Positions 61,623 through 64,000 of a stretch of 64,000 nucleotides of DNA are shown here, in pieces (positions within the stretch are counted from its first letter, which is position 1; each line of letters starts with the position of its first letter). The position numbers were made by a program, and so were the translations under genes. The DNA is from Candidatus Acidiferrales bacterium (lineage in GTDB: Bacteria; Acidobacteriota; Terriglobia; Acidiferrales; UBA7541): positions 841 to 64,840 of the forward strand of contig JBAVUW010000134.1 of the NCBI GenBank assembly GCA_049696975.1. Reading direction: 5' to 3'. The notes beneath the pieces were generated by a model. That model had not been told where the DNA came from and made no database searches. It was given only the letters and a program-made list of their open reading frames with translations.

Positions 61623-64000
61623 TCAGCGGAGCCCGCTGACGATATTGAGGACCGAGGAATAGCGCGGAACCGAGAACGCGTAGTATTTCAGATCCGGAGT
61701 GATCACAAGTCTGGAAGCATCCGCGCTTTCCGATTTGAGTTGCTTCCAGAGTGTGCGCCGACCGTCGGACAGGTTTACGATGTTCACAATGAACTCGTGC
61801 CCGGTTGGCTCCGCGAGCAGCAGGGATTTACCGTCACTTGTGAAACGAACCGGGTACTCCCTTTCGTGGCCGGTGGACAGCGGGATGAGCTGGCTTCCAT
61901 CCAGCCTGTTCAGCAAGACCCCCTTGCGCTCCAACCGCAACGCCAGCATTTGGCCGTCCGGAGAGAGTTTTGGAAAGCTATTCCGGGAGCCGCCCTGAAC
62001 AAACCGCGGAGGGCCGCTGACAACCTGCTGTACGTAAACGTTCCAGTCTTGTTGTGTCGTTTCCCCTTCATAGGCGATGAAGCGTCCGTCGTCTGACCAG
62101 GAGACGTGATCGTATCGAGTGATACCGGGAGTCGATAGGTCCCGCGACTCGCCGGCGCCCACTGGTTGCAGCTCCATCCCGGACTCCCTCTGTTTCAATA
62201 CGATGACCGATTTTCCGTCAGGCGAAATCGTGATTTCGCCCGCGCCATAGCTGATGGCAGCCGAGCCATTCGTCGCCCGGACGTAACACTGTCCCTCGCT
62301 GGCGATGGCCCACACTTCGCCTTCCTCGATAAAGCTCACGGTCCGCCCATCGGAAGTGATGGCCGTCGGTTCCGTGTTATCCAGCCATGAATACGGATGG
62401 ATGTCGTTGTCACCGGGAAAGAACCCGATCAATTGGCTGCGCCAACTCTCGCGAGACAGCAGCACACGGCCGTCTCTGAAGACATCGTGCAAGCGAATCG
62501 AAGGTGAGGTCAACAGCGTGCGCATTTTGCCAGAAAGCGTGACGGCCCGGATCGAATCGGCCCAGCCCGTGCGCGGCGAATTTGCGGCAAACCACACTTC
62601 CTTGCCGCCGGGCCCCCAGGCAACTCCTTCGAGGCTGAGGAAACCGGTGGCCAGAGTGGTTTTTCTCCCGTGCAGATCGATTACGTCGATATCCCCGTCG
62701 TCGTCCTCGAGGTTGGCATGGTTCTCGAAAGCAATCAGGGTCCCGTCAGGGGAGAGCCTGGGTCGTCCAAACCAGCCCTCTTTTTGTTGGTAGATCACAT
62801 GCCCCAGCGGGTACTCCAGCTGCGTTCCAGCATCCGAGATCCTCGAAACCATCAGCTGGGTTCCGTCCGGACTCCAGTCAGCGTACGCAATATGGCTGGC
62901 GATATCTCGCGGAAATCCGCCGGCGAGATCGACAGTCGCCAACGTCCCGCCGCACTCGAGAAGAAAAATACGCTCGCAATTGCGCAGGACCGCCAGTTCG
63001 TCCGTTGCAGAGGCGCTGGCGATGGTCGCCGGCCCCACTCCCAGATCCCGCGACTCGAAACTCCCCACGCGAAACGTATCGGTTTCTTGCGGCCCTCCCT
63101 CCCACCAGCCGGTATAGACCACCGTGTTGCCATCGTGGGAAAATCGCGCCGCACCCAGTTCTCCTTCGCGAAATGTCACCATCGAATAGCTGACGTCGAA
63201 AGGCTTGCTTCTCGTGAGAAGGAATGCTCCGCCGAGTGCGATTGCCAGCATGGCCGAAATCAGCCACGGCAGTGTTTTCCATACCGCGGCGGTTGCCGGA
63301 ACCGGCTCGTCAGACTGCGGGGCACTTGGCGGCGCTGCTTCACTGGTCCATTTCAGCTCCAGCCGGGCGTCGCGCGCGGATTGGAAACGGTCGTCGGGGT
63401 TTTTCTCCAGGCACGTTTTCACGATGCGCTCAAGGGATGGCGGTGTGAGCGGCTGAATCGCCGAAATCGGCTCGGGATTTTTTTCCAGAATCGCGCTGGC
63501 CACGCTGATTTGGCTTTTCCCATCAAACGGCCGCTTGCCTGTGACCATTTCGTAGAGCACGGCGCCCAGGGCGAAAATATCTGACCGTGCATCGGCTTCT
63601 TTGCCTTCCAGCTGTTCTGGCGACATGTACTGGATGGTGCCCAGCACTTCGCCCGCGGTCGTAAGCGGCGAGATGGGGCTGATGCCGCTGATCGTTCTTG
63701 CGGCGGAAAGCAGGGGAGCCGCGGCGCCATCGGACGCCACTCCGGATAGCACAGCCTTCGCGAGGCCGAAGTCCATCAGCTTCGCGCCGCCTTTCGTCAG
63801 CATGACGTTTCCCGGCTTCAAATCGCGATGAATGATTCGCGCTCGATGTGCCGTATCGAGTGCCTCGCAGACTTCCATGCCGACCCGGAGGGTCTCCTTC
63901 AGCGGAATCGGGCCGCGCCGCAGCCGGTCGGCCAGCGATTCGCCCTCCAGATACTCCATCACCAGAAAATCGACACCGTCCTGGTGCCCCACGTCGTACA
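61623..64000 (-). CDS. Ser/Thr protein kinase fused to TM helix and TolB-like beta-propeller, N-terminus outside the window
   Basis: HRDLKPGNVML, DFGLAK and SPEQ kinase motifs, one TM helix, then a long WD40-like/PD40-type repeat region. The ORF is open to the window end. Confidence 0.85.
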   Translation of the reverse strand, partial: YDVGHQDGVDFLVMEYLEGESLADRLRRGPIPLKETLRVGMEVCEALDTAHRARIIHRDLKPGNVMLTKGGAKLMDFGLAKAVLSGVASDGAAAPLLSAARTISGISPISPLTTAGEVLGTIQYMSPEQLEGKEADARSDIFALGAVLYEMVTGKRPFDGKSQISVASAILEKNPEPISAIQPLTPPSLERIVKTCLEKNPDDRFQSARDARLELKWTSEAAPPSAPQSDEPVPATAAVWKTLPWLISAMLAIALGGAFLLTRSKPFDVSYSMVTFREGELGAARFSHDGNTVVYTGWWEGGPQETDTFRVGSFESRDLGVGPATIASASATDELAVLRNCERIFLLECGGTLATVDLAGGFPRDIASHIAYADWSPDGTQLMVSRISDAGTQLEYPLGHVIYQQKEGWFGRPRLSPDGTLIAFENHANLEDDDGDIDVIDLHGRKTTLATGFLSLEGVAWGPGGKEVWFAANSPRTGWADSIRAVTLSGKMRTLLTSPSIRLHDVFRDGRVLLSRESWRSQLIGFFPGDNDIHPYSWLDNTEPTAITSDGRTVSFIEEGEVWAIASEGQCYVRATNGSAAISYGAGEITISPDGKSVIVLKQRESGMELQPVGAGESRDLSTPGITRYDHVSWSDDGRFIAYEGETTQQDWNVYVQQVVSGPPRFVQGGSRNSFPKLSPDGQMLALRLERKGVLLNRLDGSQLIPLSTGHEREYPVRFTSDGKSLLLAEPTGHEFIVNIVNLSDGRRTLWKQLKSESADASRLVITPDLKYYAFSVPRYSSVLNIVSGLR

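Overview
High-GC bacterial chromosomal segment. Gene content suggests Acidobacteriota (inference): S53 peptidase, Ser/Thr kinase fused to a TolB-like propeller, and ACIII next to a caa3 oxidase. Most of the window is housekeeping or core metabolism. This includes trpE-trpG with a convergent trpD, sucCD, ndk, xseA, lepA, miaA, and a lipid-A block (fabZ-lpxA-lpxI-oxidoreductase). It also includes a complete Alternative Complex III cluster joined to SCO1 and a caa3-type cytochrome c oxidase (19.0-31.7 kb), then yebC-ruvC, recQ, an acyl-CoA mutase large subunit, maf, tatA, pyrF, pyrD and a truncated kinase. I recognised no rRNA, tRNA, CRISPR array, transposase or integrase. The most interesting locus is 31998-33770 (-). 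Two same-frame ORFs there are separated by a single TGA. Read through, they give a 590-aa protein with a twin-arginine-like leader and an H-U-G-G-C motif, so this is a candidate secreted selenoprotein of unknown function. It sits directly downstream of a dedicated ACP + KAS-II pair. That operon is divergent from a radical SAM enzyme with a SPASM/twitch-like Cys domain and a DHA2 MFS exporter, which suggests an uncharacterised ACP-dependent pathway. Secondary oddities are listed below. They include an S53 peptidase interrupted by a duplicated TM/Arg-rich/lipobox-like module, pyrF without a canonical start before its conserved N-terminus, non-canonical act gene order, and a Lys-rich tail on SucD. 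All functional calls come from motif recognition by eye, and no database search was run.
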